Assembly (NCBI GenBank): GCA_026004535.1
Contig: BPJI01000001.1
Coordinates: 390,523-429,423, forward strand
DNA length: 38,901 bases
DNA from: Candidatus Parcubacteria bacterium
GTDB lineage: Bacteria; Patescibacteriota; Minisyncoccia; UBA6257; HR35
Reading direction: 5' to 3'
Every line of letters starts with the position of its first letter. Within the stretch, counting starts at the first letter, position 1. Positions 16,745-26,482 of the stretch are shown here, in pieces. The notes beneath the pieces are model-generated. The model was not told the DNA's origin. It made no database searches and saw nothing but the letters and a program-made list of their open reading frames with translations. Both the position numbers and the translations under genes were made by a program.

Positions 16745-17947
16745 ATGTTAAATAATTTTAAAAAAATTTTAATTACAGTAATTATTGTCTCAATTTTATT
16801 TTCTTTTTTAAACGTTAATTTAACTATTTCTGAAGAAATGGTTAAATGTCAATTTAAAAGACATCTTTTCCCTGGCTTAAAAGGTGACGATGTTAAGTGC
16901 TTACAAACTTTTTTAAAACAATCAGGCTATTTTAGTGGTCCTGTTACTGGCTATTACGATGATTTAACTAAAGAAGCTGTAATAGAATGGCAGAAGACAA
17001 ACAATATATTTCCTGCTCATGGTTATTTTACTTTAGCTTCTAGAAAATTCTATCTAAATTTAATTAATAAACAGCAATTAACAAATCAGATTAAACAACA
17101 AGAACAATATAGATTGGTTTTACCGGAAATCAAAGATGACGAAATAATAATTGATAACGATGATGGTTTTAATCAAATAGATCTTTATTTTAAACATATT
17201 TTTATTGATAATATTCCTAAAATTGATTATAATGAATTAGAACGACTTTTTAAAACAGAACCTTTTTCTTTAGAATTTTTAATTGATAAGACATTAAATA
17301 ATGAAAATTTTGATAAACAGTTGATTAAACAAAAAACAGAACTATTTGAAAATTTTTATAAACAAAGATTATCAATTCTCAAAAAAGTATCAATTAGTAA
17401 AAATTTAATAGATTTACACAAAACCTTCATAGTAAGTGATATTCTTTCACAAGAGTTAGTTACTAAATTTAATGATTATTTGGATGGAAAAGTATCCAAA
17501 GAAGACTTTGATAAATATTATAAAGAATACAAGGAAAAAATCAATTTTCTCAAAACTTCATTTAATTTAGCTTCGGTAAAATATTCCAATAATACAAAAG
17601 ATTTATTGTCTTTATTAATGGGTTTTTTGATTAAACCAGCTTTTGCTCAAACCAGTTTGGTTTTTAAACCTTTTGGCGGACGTATCTTATTTACTCTAAT
17701 CTGTTCTTGTAACCTTGGGCGATTAATTTATGTTGGCCCACCAAGGCTAATTACATTATTTGTTCCACTTGGCTTTGAAGCCTCTCCTCTGGTATATTTA
17801 TGGAAAAATACATATACGCCTGGTGTTTGGTTATTAGGCTTAACTTTTCATATCCCAGTTTCGTGTCTTATTATTACATCATCTGCATGTGCTCCTGTGG
17901 GCTCAGGATCATTAATTTATATGACCGGAACAAGTTTAATACCGTAA
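16745..17947 (+). CDS. Secreted protein with peptidoglycan-binding domain and Cys-rich C-terminal module
   Basis: N-terminal signal/TM; G.KGDDVKCLQTFL...VTGYY..LTKEAVIEWQ is PG_binding_1-like; ATG 16745. Confidence 0.75.
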   Translation: MLNNFKKILITVIIVSILFSFLNVNLTISEEMVKCQFKRHLFPGLKGDDVKCLQTFLKQSGYFSGPVTGYYDDLTKEAVIEWQKTNNIFPAHGYFTLASRKFYLNLINKQQLTNQIKQQEQYRLVLPEIKDDEIIIDNDDGFNQIDLYFKHIFIDNIPKIDYNELERLFKTEPFSLEFLIDKTLNNENFDKQLIKQKTELFENFYKQRLSILKKVSISKNLIDLHKTFIVSDILSQELVTKFNDYLDGKVSKEDFDKYYKEYKEKINFLKTSFNLASVKYSNNTKDLLSLLMGFLIKPAFAQTSLVFKPFGGRILFTLICSCNLGRLIYVGPPRLITLFVPLGFEASPLVYLWKNTYTPGVWLLGLTFHIPVSCLIITSSACAPVGSGSLIYMTGTSLIP

Positions 17948-17958
17948 CATATTTAATA

Positions 17959-18978
17959 ATGCTTAATCCCAAACTAAAATTAAATCCCAAAATTTTTGAT
18001 CAAGAGGTTGAACAAAAACCAATCAGAGATGGTTATGGTGATGCTTTAGTTGAACTTGGTGAAAAAAATCCTAATGTTGTTGTTTTAACTGCTGACTTAA
18101 CTGAATCAACTCGATCTAATAAATTTGCTGAAAAATTTCCCCAAAGATTTATTGAATGTGGCGTAGCTGAACAAAATATGGCTGGAATTGCTGCTGGTTT
18201 AGGTGTAAGTGGAAAAATTGCTTTTATTTCTTCTTATGCAGCTTTTTCTCCTGGTAAAAATTGGGAAACAATCAGAACAACAATAGTTTATAATGATTCC
18301 AATGTAAAAATTGCTGGTCATCATTCAGGTATTGTCACTGGTCCTGATGGTGCTACTCATCAAGCAACTGAAGATATTGCTATTACCAGATGCTGGCCAA
18401 ATATAAGGGTTATTTCTCCTTGTGACTATTGGGAAGCAAAAAAAGCAACATTATATTCAGCAGAAGTTTATGGTCCGTTTTATATCAGATATGTAAGAGA
18501 TAAAACACCAATAATAACAACAGAAGAGACTCCTTTTAGATTCGGTAAGATTGAAGAATTCTGGGTACCACAGACTAACGCAGACAAAAATTTAGTTGCA
18601 GTGTTTGCAACTGGCCATTTAGTCTATCAAGCACTTTTAGCTGCTAAAGACTTGGAAGAGGAGGGAATAGATGTTTATGTTTTAAATGTTCATACAATCA
18701 AACCACTTGATGTTGAAAAAATTTTTGAAATTACTAAAAAAGTTAAAGGAATCATTACTTTAGAAGATCATCAAGTTCAAGGTGGAATGGGAAGTGCTAT
18801 TGGTGAAGCTTTAATGAATATTGATTTTCAAAGACAATATGGATTTTTTTCTATTCCACCAATAAAATTTTTAGGACTTCAAAATACTTTTGCTGAATCA
18901 GGCAACCCTGATGAATTAATTCAAAAATATGGAATGAATAAAGAAGCAGTAAAAAGGGCTGTCAAAGAACTTATTTAA
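17959..18978 (+). CDS. Transketolase, C-terminal subunit
   Basis: ADLTES, GVAEQNM, GPDGATHQ, TIKPLD, EDHQ..GG; ATG 17959 preferred over 17800. Confidence 0.93.
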   Translation: MLNPKLKLNPKIFDQEVEQKPIRDGYGDALVELGEKNPNVVVLTADLTESTRSNKFAEKFPQRFIECGVAEQNMAGIAAGLGVSGKIAFISSYAAFSPGKNWETIRTTIVYNDSNVKIAGHHSGIVTGPDGATHQATEDIAITRCWPNIRVISPCDYWEAKKATLYSAEVYGPFYIRYVRDKTPIITTEETPFRFGKIEEFWVPQTNADKNLVAVFATGHLVYQALLAAKDLEEEGIDVYVLNVHTIKPLDVEKIFEITKKVKGIITLEDHQVQGGMGSAIGEALMNIDFQRQYGFFSIPPIKFLGLQNTFAESGNPDELIQKYGMNKEAVKRAVKELI

Positions 18979-18992
18979 AATTAATATAACTA

Positions 18993-20813
18993 ATGTGTGG
19001 AATAGTTGGCTACTTGGGAAAAAGAAATGCGTTAGAAATTATTCTTAAAGGATTAGAAAAATTGGAATATCGAGGTTATGATTCCTGCGGGATTGTTGTT
19101 TATGGTGAAAAATTGATTTTGAAGAAAACTGTTGGTATGGTGAAAGATTTAAAAGAATTATTTAAAGAAAAAATTAAAGCTGATATCGGCATTGGGCATA
19201 CTCGTTGGGCAACTCACGGAGGAGTAACTGAATTTAATGCTCATCCTCATTTTGATTGTCAAAAAAATATTTTTATTGTTCATAATGGAATCATTGAAAA
19301 TTATCAAGAACTAAAAAAAATCTTAGTTAATAAAGGACATCTATTTAATTCAGAAACTGATAGCGAAGTTATTGCTCATTTAATCGAAGACTTTATTAAT
19401 CAGGGTGATAATTTTGAAGCTTCTGTTCATAAAACTTTAAATTTAATTCAGGGAACTTTTGCTCTTTTAATTTTTAATAAAAATGAACCGAATAAGATAA
19501 TTGCTGCTCGTTTTTCAAGTCCATTGGTTTTAGGGATTGGTAAGAATGAATTTATCTTGGCTTCAGATCCTTTGCCAATTTCACTTATTACTGATAGAAT
19601 GATTTTTTTAGATGATAGCGAAATGGCTATTGTTAATAAAGAAGGTTATGAAATTAAATCTTATGTTAATAATTTAAAAATTGATAAAAAGACTGTTGGT
19701 TTAGATTTAAAAGTTAAGACAACTGAGAAAGAAGGTTTTAAGCATTATATGATTAAAGAAATTTTTGAAGAACCAATAGCAATTGAAAATACGTTACGAG
19801 GAAGGATTTTAAAAGATAAAACAGGAACAAAAATAAGGGGCTTGGAAGAGATTTATCATAAATTGAAAAATTTAAAAAGAATAATTTTAACTGGCTGCGG
19901 CACTGCTTATTATGCTTGTTTATATGGTAAATACTTATTTGAAGAATTTCTGCCTTATATTATTGAAGCTGAGATTGCTTCAGAATTAAGGTATCGAAAG
20001 ATAAATTATGATCAAGAGACCTTGGTAATTGCTATTTCTCAATCAGGCGAAACAATTGATACTTTAGAAGCTCTTAAAGAAGCAAAAAATAAAGGAGCGA
20101 TAACTTTTGGAATTATTAATGTTCCTGGTTCAACAATTGCTAGGACAGTTGATGCTGGAATGTATACTTATGCTGGTCCAGAAATGGCAGTTGCTTCAAC
20201 TAAAGCTCTAATTTCACAAATAACTGCTTTAATTTTAATAATGATTTATTTAGCAAGGAAGAATTTAATGAAACCAGAGGAAGCAAAAAATATTTTAGAA
20301 GAATTAGAAAAGATTCCTGATAAAATTCGTTATATTTTAGGTCAAGAAAGTTTAATTATTGATTTGGCCAAAAATTTAATCAATTATAAGAATTTTTATT
20401 TTTTGGGCAGGAAATTCTCTTTACCAGTTGCTTTAGAGGGCGCTTTGAAATTAAAAGAAATAAGCTATGTTCATTCAGAAGCTTATCCCGCTGGAGAGAT
20501 GAAACATGGGCCAATTGCTTTAATTGATGAGAATTTCCCTGTTTTTGTCATTGCCCCTAATGATTCTTTGTATCAAAAAACGATTTCTAATTTAGAAGAA
20601 ATCAGAGCAAGAAAAGGAAAAGTTATTTTAATTAGCGATAAATTTCCAGAAAATAAAATTGATTATTTAATTTCAATTCCTTCGAGCTTAGAAATTCTTT
20701 ATCCTTTATTAACAATACCATCACTGCATCTTTTTGCTTATTATTTTGCCAATCTACTTGATTTATCCATTGATCGACCAAGAAATTTAGCTAAATCAGT
20801 GACAGTTGAATAG
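18993..20813 (+). CDS. glmS: Glutamine-fructose-6-phosphate transaminase
   Basis: MCGIVG, LEYRGYDS, HTRWATHG, SQSGET, PRNLAKSVTVE. Confidence 0.97.
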   Translation: MCGIVGYLGKRNALEIILKGLEKLEYRGYDSCGIVVYGEKLILKKTVGMVKDLKELFKEKIKADIGIGHTRWATHGGVTEFNAHPHFDCQKNIFIVHNGIIENYQELKKILVNKGHLFNSETDSEVIAHLIEDFINQGDNFEASVHKTLNLIQGTFALLIFNKNEPNKIIAARFSSPLVLGIGKNEFILASDPLPISLITDRMIFLDDSEMAIVNKEGYEIKSYVNNLKIDKKTVGLDLKVKTTEKEGFKHYMIKEIFEEPIAIENTLRGRILKDKTGTKIRGLEEIYHKLKNLKRIILTGCGTAYYACLYGKYLFEEFLPYIIEAEIASELRYRKINYDQETLVIAISQSGETIDTLEALKEAKNKGAITFGIINVPGSTIARTVDAGMYTYAGPEMAVASTKALISQITALILIMIYLARKNLMKPEEAKNILEELEKIPDKIRYILGQESLIIDLAKNLINYKNFYFLGRKFSLPVALEGALKLKEISYVHSEAYPAGEMKHGPIALIDENFPVFVIAPNDSLYQKTISNLEEIRARKGKVILISDKFPENKIDYLISIPSSLEILYPLLTIPSLHLFAYYFANLLDLSIDRPRNLAKSVTVE

Positions 20814-20858
20814 TTTTAGGTTAAAATTATATTAGTCGTAGTTAAAAATTATTTCATA

Positions 20859-21146
20859 ATGCCAACCAGAGTTCAAAAAAGAAAAGGATTTCAGGAGGAA
20901 TTTAAGGTCGAAAAGTTAAAAGCTTCGATTGAAAAAGCTGCCAAAGAAGCAGGCTATCCCGAAGATCAAATTTTTCGAGTTGTTGAGGAAATAAGTTCCT
21001 ATGTTTTAGAAACTCTAAATGGCATGGATTCTGTTGATACTCAATCAATGAGAACTTTGATTTTAAATAAACTTGACGAAACTTATCCCGAGATCTCTGT
21101 TGCGTGGCGAAAATATGATCGAGAGGTAAAAGGTAGAGAGGACTAA
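20859..21146 (+). CDS. Stand-alone ATP-cone domain protein
   Basis: VQKRKG..EEFKVEKLKASIEKA pattern; 95 aa. Confidence 0.8.
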   Translation: MPTRVQKRKGFQEEFKVEKLKASIEKAAKEAGYPEDQIFRVVEEISSYVLETLNGMDSVDTQSMRTLILNKLDETYPEISVAWRKYDREVKGRED

Positions 21147-21228
21147 TAAATTGCAAATAACTGGATAAAAATTTTCGGGGAGCAGATGGCTGTTGAAACA
21201 TATTCTTCAGCTGTTTGCAGTAAAAATA

Positions 21229-22884
21229 ATGGATTTATCAGAAATTTTAAAAGATTTTGACTTTTCAGTTGATGATAGAGTTTTAGAAGAATATTCTCAA
21301 GATACAAGTATTTTTAAGATTAAACCAAAAGCTGTTGTTTTTCCTAAAAATTCTGAAGAAATAAAAAAATTAATAAAATTAGCTAAAGAAAATAATTTTA
21401 GTCTAACTTGTCGGGCCGGTGGTACCGATATGTCTGGTGGTCCATTGACTGACTCAGTTTTGATTGTTTTTACTAAATATATGAATAAGATTTTAGAAAT
21501 TAATCCTCAAGAAAAATATGCAGTAGTCCAACCAGGAGTTTACTTTAGAGACTTAGAAAAAGAATTGAATAAATATAATTTAATGTTTCCTTCTTATCCC
21601 GCTTCAAAAGAAATTTGTGCTATTGGTGGTATGATTGCTAATGATTCTGGTGGAGAAAAGAGTTTAAAATATGGCAAAACTCATAATTATGTGATTGATC
21701 TTAGAGTTGTTTTAAGTGATGGTGAGGAGTATAATTTAGAATTGCAGACTAATGCAGAACTAATACAGAACTTGCAGAAAAATTCGATAAGCTCTGCGTC
21801 AGTTCAGCTTAGTTCTGCGTCGATTAAAAATACCGACTTTTATCAAAGAACATACCAGCTTTTAAAAGAAAACTATGAATTAATTCAAAAAACGAAACCT
21901 AAAGTAAGTAAAAATTCCTCTGGTTATAATATTTGGGGTGCATTGGATGGTGAAAATTTAGATTTAATTAAATTATTTGTTGGTTCACAAGGAACGTTGG
22001 GAATTATTACTGAGATAAAAATTAAATTGGTTGAGAAGGAAAACTTCTCTCAACTTTTGACTATTTTTATTAAAGATTTAAAGAATCTACCTCATTTTAC
22101 TCAAGACGTTTTAAAACTCCAACCAACATCTTTGGAAATTACTGATGATCATACTTTTAAAATTTTTCTTAGGTTTGCCAAAGAGATGGCAAGTTTACTA
22201 GGAGCAAAAGGAATTTTTTCAACAATAAAATTATTTTTACCTGAAATTTTTATTATTTTAAAAATAGGGCTTCCGAAATTAATTGTTTTAACTGAATTTA
22301 CTGGGAATAATGAAAAAGAAATTTATGAAAAGATAGAGCAAACAAAAGAGATCGCTAAGAAATATAAATATCTTTATCGTCAGCCAAAAAATGAAAAAGA
22401 AGCAGAAAAATATTGGCGATTAAGAAGAGATACTTATAAACTTTTAAGAGAAAAAATCAAAGATTTAACTGCTTCACCTTTTATTGATGATTTTATAATT
22501 TTACCCCAGTATTTACCGGAATTTTTGCCCAAGCTTTATCAAATTTTAGATGAATATAAATTAATTTATACAATTTCAGGTCATTTAGGTGATGGTAATT
22601 TACATATTATTCCTTTGGTTAATTTGAAAGACGAAAACCAAAGAAAAAATATTTTAGCAATAACGGATAAGGTTTATGACTTAGTTTTAGAGTACAATGG
22701 TATTTTAACTGCTGAGCATAACGATGGCTTGATCCGTGGTCCTTATTTAGAAAAAGAATTTGGTCAAGAAGTTTATAATATTTTTAGAGAAATAAAAAAT
22801 ATTTTTGATCCTCAAAACATTTTTAATCCTTATAAAAAAATAACAGCTAGAAAAGAAAATATTGAAAAATTTATGATTAAATGA
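21229..22884 (+). CDS. FAD-linked oxidoreductase (GlcD/D-lactate dehydrogenase-like)
   Basis: RAGGTDMSG, IGGMIAN, GSQGTLGII, GHLGDGNLH, AEHNDG, FDPQNIFNP; ATG 21229. Confidence 0.9.
   Translation: MDLSEILKDFDFSVDDRVLEEYSQDTSIFKIKPKAVVFPKNSEEIKKLIKLAKENNFSLTCRAGGTDMSGGPLTDSVLIVFTKYMNKILEINPQEKYAVVQPGVYFRDLEKELNKYNLMFPSYPASKEICAIGGMIANDSGGEKSLKYGKTHNYVIDLRVVLSDGEEYNLELQTNAELIQNLQKNSISSASVQLSSASIKNTDFYQRTYQLLKENYELIQKTKPKVSKNSSGYNIWGALDGENLDLIKLFVGSQGTLGIITEIKIKLVEKENFSQLLTIFIKDLKNLPHFTQDVLKLQPTSLEITDDHTFKIFLRFAKEMASLLGAKGIFSTIKLFLPEIFIILKIGLPKLIVLTEFTGNNEKEIYEKIEQTKEIAKKYKYLYRQPKNEKEAEKYWRLRRDTYKLLREKIKDLTASPFIDDFIILPQYLPEFLPKLYQILDEYKLIYTISGHLGDGNLHIIPLVNLKDENQRKNILAITDKVYDLVLEYNGILTAEHNDGLIRGPYLEKEFGQEVYNIFREIKNIFDPQNIFNPYKKITARKENIEKFMIK
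21742..21821. repeat. CAGAAC-family fold-back element, in frame inside the FAD oxidoreductase
   Basis: tgcagactaatgcagaactaatacagaacttgcagaa ... tctgcgtcagttcagcttagttctgcgt; read as QTNAELIQNLQKNSISSASVQLSSAS. Confidence 0.85.
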
Positions 22885-22892
22885 AATATAAA

Positions 22893-23209
22893 TTTACCTG
22901 GATTTAGACCGGATAATGTTTTATTATTTTACCCGGATATTAACCGGATATACTACCCGGATTTAGACCGGATATAATACCCGGATGTGAACCGGATTAT
23001 TAATTACTCAGATGTACACCGGATAAAGTTACCCGGATTTAAACCGGATGTAAAATTCCCCAAAATAGAATCTGATTTTCTAAAATATAATCCGGTTAGT
23101 TATCCGGGCATATATTATCCGGTAATCATCCGGGTGAATAATCCGGTATTCATCCGGGTAATCTATCCGGTAATCATCCGGGTAATCTATCCGGTAAGTT
23201 ATCCGGATA
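22893..23209. repeat. CCGGAT-family fold-back element (copy 3)
   Basis: acccggat/accggat units to about 23049, AT-rich loop, inverted units from 23090 to just before the murB ATG. Confidence 0.95.
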
Positions 23210-23216
23210 GTCCGTA

Positions 23217-24149
23217 ATGAAAATAATTAAAAATAAAAAATTAGCACCACTGACAAGTTTTAAAATTGGAGATCGAGCTGATTATTTTGTAGAAATTCAT
23301 AATTTAGATGAATTTTTAAAATTTCATTCATGGCAAAAGAAAAAGAATTTGCCTATTTTTGTTTTAGGCGGTGGAACAAACTTACTAATTGATTCTTTCC
23401 CCGGAATAGTTTTAAAACCAGAATTTAAATATATTTATAAAATTGACCAGGGCATTTTAAAAGTTGGAGCTGGAGTTTCAGTTAGTGAACTTTTAGATTA
23501 TGTTATTGGTTTAGGTTATCGCGGGCTTGAATGGGCTGGAGGACTTCCAGGAACAGTTGGTGGAGCAATTGAAGGTGGTGTTGGTTGTTTTGGTGGAGAA
23601 TTTAAAAATTTAGTTTCAGAAGTTTTAGCTGTTAATTTAAAAACTGGTGAAGACAGAATTTTTAAAAAAGAAGAATGTCAGTTTGAATATCGTGGTTCTT
23701 TTTTCCGGCGAAATAAGGATTGGTTGATAGTTGAAACTACTTTAATTTTTGAAACTGGTCATAATGAAGAAGAATTAAAAAAAATTGCTAAGGAAAAAAT
23801 TGATTATCGCAAACAAAAACATCCTCTAGAATATCCTAATGCTGGCAGTATTTTTAAAAATGTTCCTTTTGACAAAGCACCAAAATTTATTCAAGATTTG
23901 GCTTTAGAAAAAAATAAAATTAAGAATGATCCCTTTTTAATAATTCCAACAGCTTTTTTGATTTCTGAATTAGGACTTAAGGGAAAAAGAATTGGTGATG
24001 CTCAAATTTCTGAAAAACATTCTAACTTTATTATTAATTTGGGCAAAGCGACATTTGCTGACGTTTATAATTTAATTTACTTGGCAAAAAAAACTTTGGA
24101 GGATAAATTTTTAATCGAACCTGAAATTGAAATAAAAATTATAAAATGA
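23217..24149 (+). CDS. murB: UDP-N-acetylmuramate dehydrogenase
   Basis: LGGGTNLL, GLPGTVGGA, FEYRGS, NAGSIFKN, SEKHSNFIIN. Confidence 0.95.
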   Translation: MKIIKNKKLAPLTSFKIGDRADYFVEIHNLDEFLKFHSWQKKKNLPIFVLGGGTNLLIDSFPGIVLKPEFKYIYKIDQGILKVGAGVSVSELLDYVIGLGYRGLEWAGGLPGTVGGAIEGGVGCFGGEFKNLVSEVLAVNLKTGEDRIFKKEECQFEYRGSFFRRNKDWLIVETTLIFETGHNEEELKKIAKEKIDYRKQKHPLEYPNAGSIFKNVPFDKAPKFIQDLALEKNKIKNDPFLIIPTAFLISELGLKGKRIGDAQISEKHSNFIINLGKATFADVYNLIYLAKKTLEDKFLIEPEIEIKIIK

Positions 24150-24168
24150 ATTTTTTATAACTTTTCTC

Positions 24169-24197
24169 TTGACTTTAGTGAAAAAAATATGTATAAT
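24169..24197 (+). promoter_or_regulatory. sigma70 promoter
   Basis: TTGACT(24169-74)-17 nt-TATAAT(24192-97). Confidence 0.8.
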
Positions 24198-24313
24198 TAA
24201 AATATAATCTCAGCTGTAATTGATAAAAAATCTAAAACTAAAATCTTATAAAGTTAGATTGCATATTAAAGGGGGTTGGTCGGTCCCCTGTAAAAAAAAT
24301 TAAGTAAAGAGAG

Positions 24314-24376
24314 ATGGCAAAGGCAAAAGCAAAGACAAAAGCAAAGGCAAAAGCAAAAAAAGGTGGTCGAAGATAA
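24314..24376 (+). CDS. 20-aa Lys/Ala-rich basic peptide MAKAKAKTKAKAKAKKGGRR
   Basis: ATG to TAA between a promoter and a terminator; purine-rich leader; below the ORF-track cutoff. Confidence 0.65.
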   Translation: MAKAKAKTKAKAKAKKGGRR

Positions 24377-24382
24377 GCCACC

Positions 24383-24416
24383 AAAACCGCCGGCATCAGT
24401 CGGCGGTTTTTATTTT
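24383..24416 (+). terminator. Intrinsic terminator
   Basis: aaaaccgccggc-atca-gtcggcggtttt followed by tatttt. Confidence 0.88.
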
Positions 24417-24551
24417 AACCACAAATTATTTATTTTTAAAAAAAACATTAATTTAATCAATTATAATGGACTTATACAGATACATCTAAACAGCGATTAA
24501 AATAATTTTATATTATATCTTTTTGTTAAAAAATTGTGAAAATAATTAATT

Positions 24552-24578
24552 AGCCTGCGTAAAAGCAGGTTTTTTTTA
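24552..24578 (+). terminator. Probable intrinsic terminator
   Basis: gcctgc-gtaaaa-gcaggt followed by T run. Confidence 0.6.
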
Positions 24579-24628
24579 TTAGGTAAAAATTTTTAATTGA
24601 TTTAAAAATTGTATAAATTTAAATTAAA

Positions 24629-24673
24629 GTGGTAAAAAGTGGTGATATGTGGAAAAATATGTGGAAATTGTGG
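24629..24673 (+). promoter_or_regulatory. MraZ binding repeats
   Basis: GTGG at 24629, 24639, 24649 (10-nt phase), 24661 and 24670, directly upstream of mraZ. Confidence 0.8.
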
Positions 24674-24688
24674 AAAAACAAAAAATAA

Positions 24689-25120
24689 ATGTTAATAGGA
24701 GAATTTCATTACAACATTGATCAGAAAGGGAGATTAATGATTCCGTCAAAATTTAGACAAAGATTTGGTTTAGAAGCAATAGTTACTAAGGGTTTAGAAA
24801 ATTGTTTATTTGTTTTTCCTAAAGATGAGTGGGAGAAAGTGGTGGAAAAAATTTTGAAATTACCACTAAGCCAAGCTAATTCAAGAGCCTTTGCTAGATT
24901 GATGCTTGCTGGTGCTTATGAAACTTCAATTGATAATCAAGGTCGAATATTAATACCAGAATATTTACGTCAATACGCGAAGTTAACTAAAAAAGTAGTT
25001 ATTGTTGGTCTTTATTCTCGAATTGAAGTTTGGGATGAAAAGTTATGGGAGGAATATAAACAACAAAGCGAAGAACAAGCACAAGACATTGCTGAAAAAC
25101 TTAGTGATTTAGGGATATGA
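24689..25120 (+). CDS. mraZ: Transcriptional regulator MraZ
   Basis: IDQKGRLMIP and IDNQGRILIP repeats; upstream of rsmH. Confidence 0.96.
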   Translation: MLIGEFHYNIDQKGRLMIPSKFRQRFGLEAIVTKGLENCLFVFPKDEWEKVVEKILKLPLSQANSRAFARLMLAGAYETSIDNQGRILIPEYLRQYAKLTKKVVIVGLYSRIEVWDEKLWEEYKQQSEEQAQDIAEKLSDLGI

Positions 25121-25157
25121 CGCAGAATTTACATAACTAACGGAGAACTTACAGAAA
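25120..25157 (+). repeat. CAGAAC-family half element between mraZ and rsmH
   Basis: acgcagaatttacataactaacggagaacttacagaa. Confidence 0.55.
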
Positions 25158-25175
25158 TATATTGACTTAGATATA

Positions 25176-26051
25176 ATGCATCAGCCAGTACTCTTAAAAG
25201 AAATAATTGAAATCTTAGAACCAGGAGAAAATGAAAACTTTATTGATGCAACTTTTGGCGAAGGTGGTGTGAGTTTTGGGATCTCTCAATTAACGGGACC
25301 AAACGGTAAAATTCTTGCTTTCGAATGGGATCCAGAACTTTATAAGTTAGGAGTCAAAAAAATTAAAAACTTAAAAATGGAGAAAAGGATAAAACTCGTC
25401 AATCAAAATTTTAAAAACATCAAAAGAGTTGTTAAGCAAGAAGGTTTTAGTCAAATCAAAGGTATTGTTTTTGATTTAGGAATTTCTAGTTGGCATTATG
25501 AAAAATCAAGTCGAGGATTTTCCTTTAAATATGATGAACCACTTGATATGAGAATTAACCCTAATATTAAAATTACTGCTTTTGAGGTTATTAATTATTA
25601 TTCTTATAAAGATTTGGTTGAAATTTTTAAAAATTATGGCGAAGAAAGAAATGCAGAAAAAATCAGTCGGACAATTATTGATCGTCGCAAAAAAAAGAAA
25701 ATTGAAACTTCAAAAGAATTAGCTGAAATTGTTGCTGAAGTTTTGCCAACAACAAAAAAAATTCATCCAGCAACAAAAATTTTTATGGCGCTTCGAACTT
25801 TTATTAACAGTGAATTAGAAAATCTTGAACAAGGCTTAAAAGACTCTTATGATGTTTTAGATAAAGGAGGCAAAATTATTGTTCTAAGTTTTCAAGGATT
25901 AGAGGATAAAGTTATTAAAAAAATTTTTAGGATGTTGAAAGCTAAAGGAGCTAAAGTTATTACTAAAAATGTTGTTCGCCCAACTAAAGAAGAAATTTTA
26001 AAAAATCCTAAAGCAAGGTCGGCCAAATTAAGAGCTATTCATAAACAATGA
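25176..26051 (+). CDS. rsmH: 16S rRNA m4C1402 methyltransferase
   Basis: HQPVLL, DATFGEGG, FDLGISS, PLDMR, HPATK.FMALR, RSAKLR. Confidence 0.96.
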   Translation: MHQPVLLKEIIEILEPGENENFIDATFGEGGVSFGISQLTGPNGKILAFEWDPELYKLGVKKIKNLKMEKRIKLVNQNFKNIKRVVKQEGFSQIKGIVFDLGISSWHYEKSSRGFSFKYDEPLDMRINPNIKITAFEVINYYSYKDLVEIFKNYGEERNAEKISRTIIDRRKKKKIETSKELAEIVAEVLPTTKKIHPATKIFMALRTFINSELENLEQGLKDSYDVLDKGGKIIVLSFQGLEDKVIKKIFRMLKAKGAKVITKNVVRPTKEEILKNPKARSAKLRAIHKQ

Positions 26052-26335
26052 AAAGAAGAAAATATAAAACACTCTCACCGCCAATTGATTATTGGTTCTT
26101 GTTGACACTTTTTTTAGCCTCTATTTTGCTCATTTTTTCGCTTCTCTTGATTAAAGAGAGAATATTTTTAGCCAATATGCAAATTATTTTAGAAAAATAT
26201 AAATTAAGCATTAACGGGTTTCTAAATTTTAATGCCAAAATAAATTCTAATAGCCATCTCTCTTTACCGACCAATCCTTCGTCTTCATCTCAAATAATTT
26301 ATATTGCTCCCGAAAGCTTTACTTTTTCTCGTTAA
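26048..26335 (+). CDS. Small bitopic membrane protein in the ftsL position
   Basis: One TM helix; lies between rsmH and the PBP gene; assignment by position only. Confidence 0.55.
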   Translation: MKRRKYKTLSPPIDYWFLLTLFLASILLIFSLLLIKERIFLANMQIILEKYKLSINGFLNFNAKINSNSHLSLPTNPSSSSQIIYIAPESFTFSR

Positions 26336-26356
26336 AATTATTAAATTCTTCAATTC

Positions 26357-26452
26357 CGAATTGCGAATTACGAATTCAATTATAAAAACTCATTTAATTA
26401 AGATTTAATTAAGAAATAATAAAAAGAATTCGTTAACTCGTAATTCGTTAAC
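26357..26452. repeat. CGAATT-family fold-back element
   Basis: cgaattgcgaattacgaattc ... gaattcgttaactcgtaattcgtt. Confidence 0.7.
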
Positions 26453-26482
26453 TAATGAATTAAGAATTAAGAGTAATAAATA

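Noticed and set aside
21151-21220. SRP RNA
   Set aside because: Has AGCAG but lacks the CAGG...GRAA helix-8 pattern.
22987-23217. ORFs 22987-23217, 13586-13786 and 37610-37798 as real proteins
   Set aside because: They are translations of repeat elements; not listed as CDS, though possible translational coupling is noted in findings.
24648-24677. TGTGGAAAA repeats as DnaA boxes / origin
   Set aside because: Better explained by MraZ-binding GTGG repeats directly upstream of mraZ.
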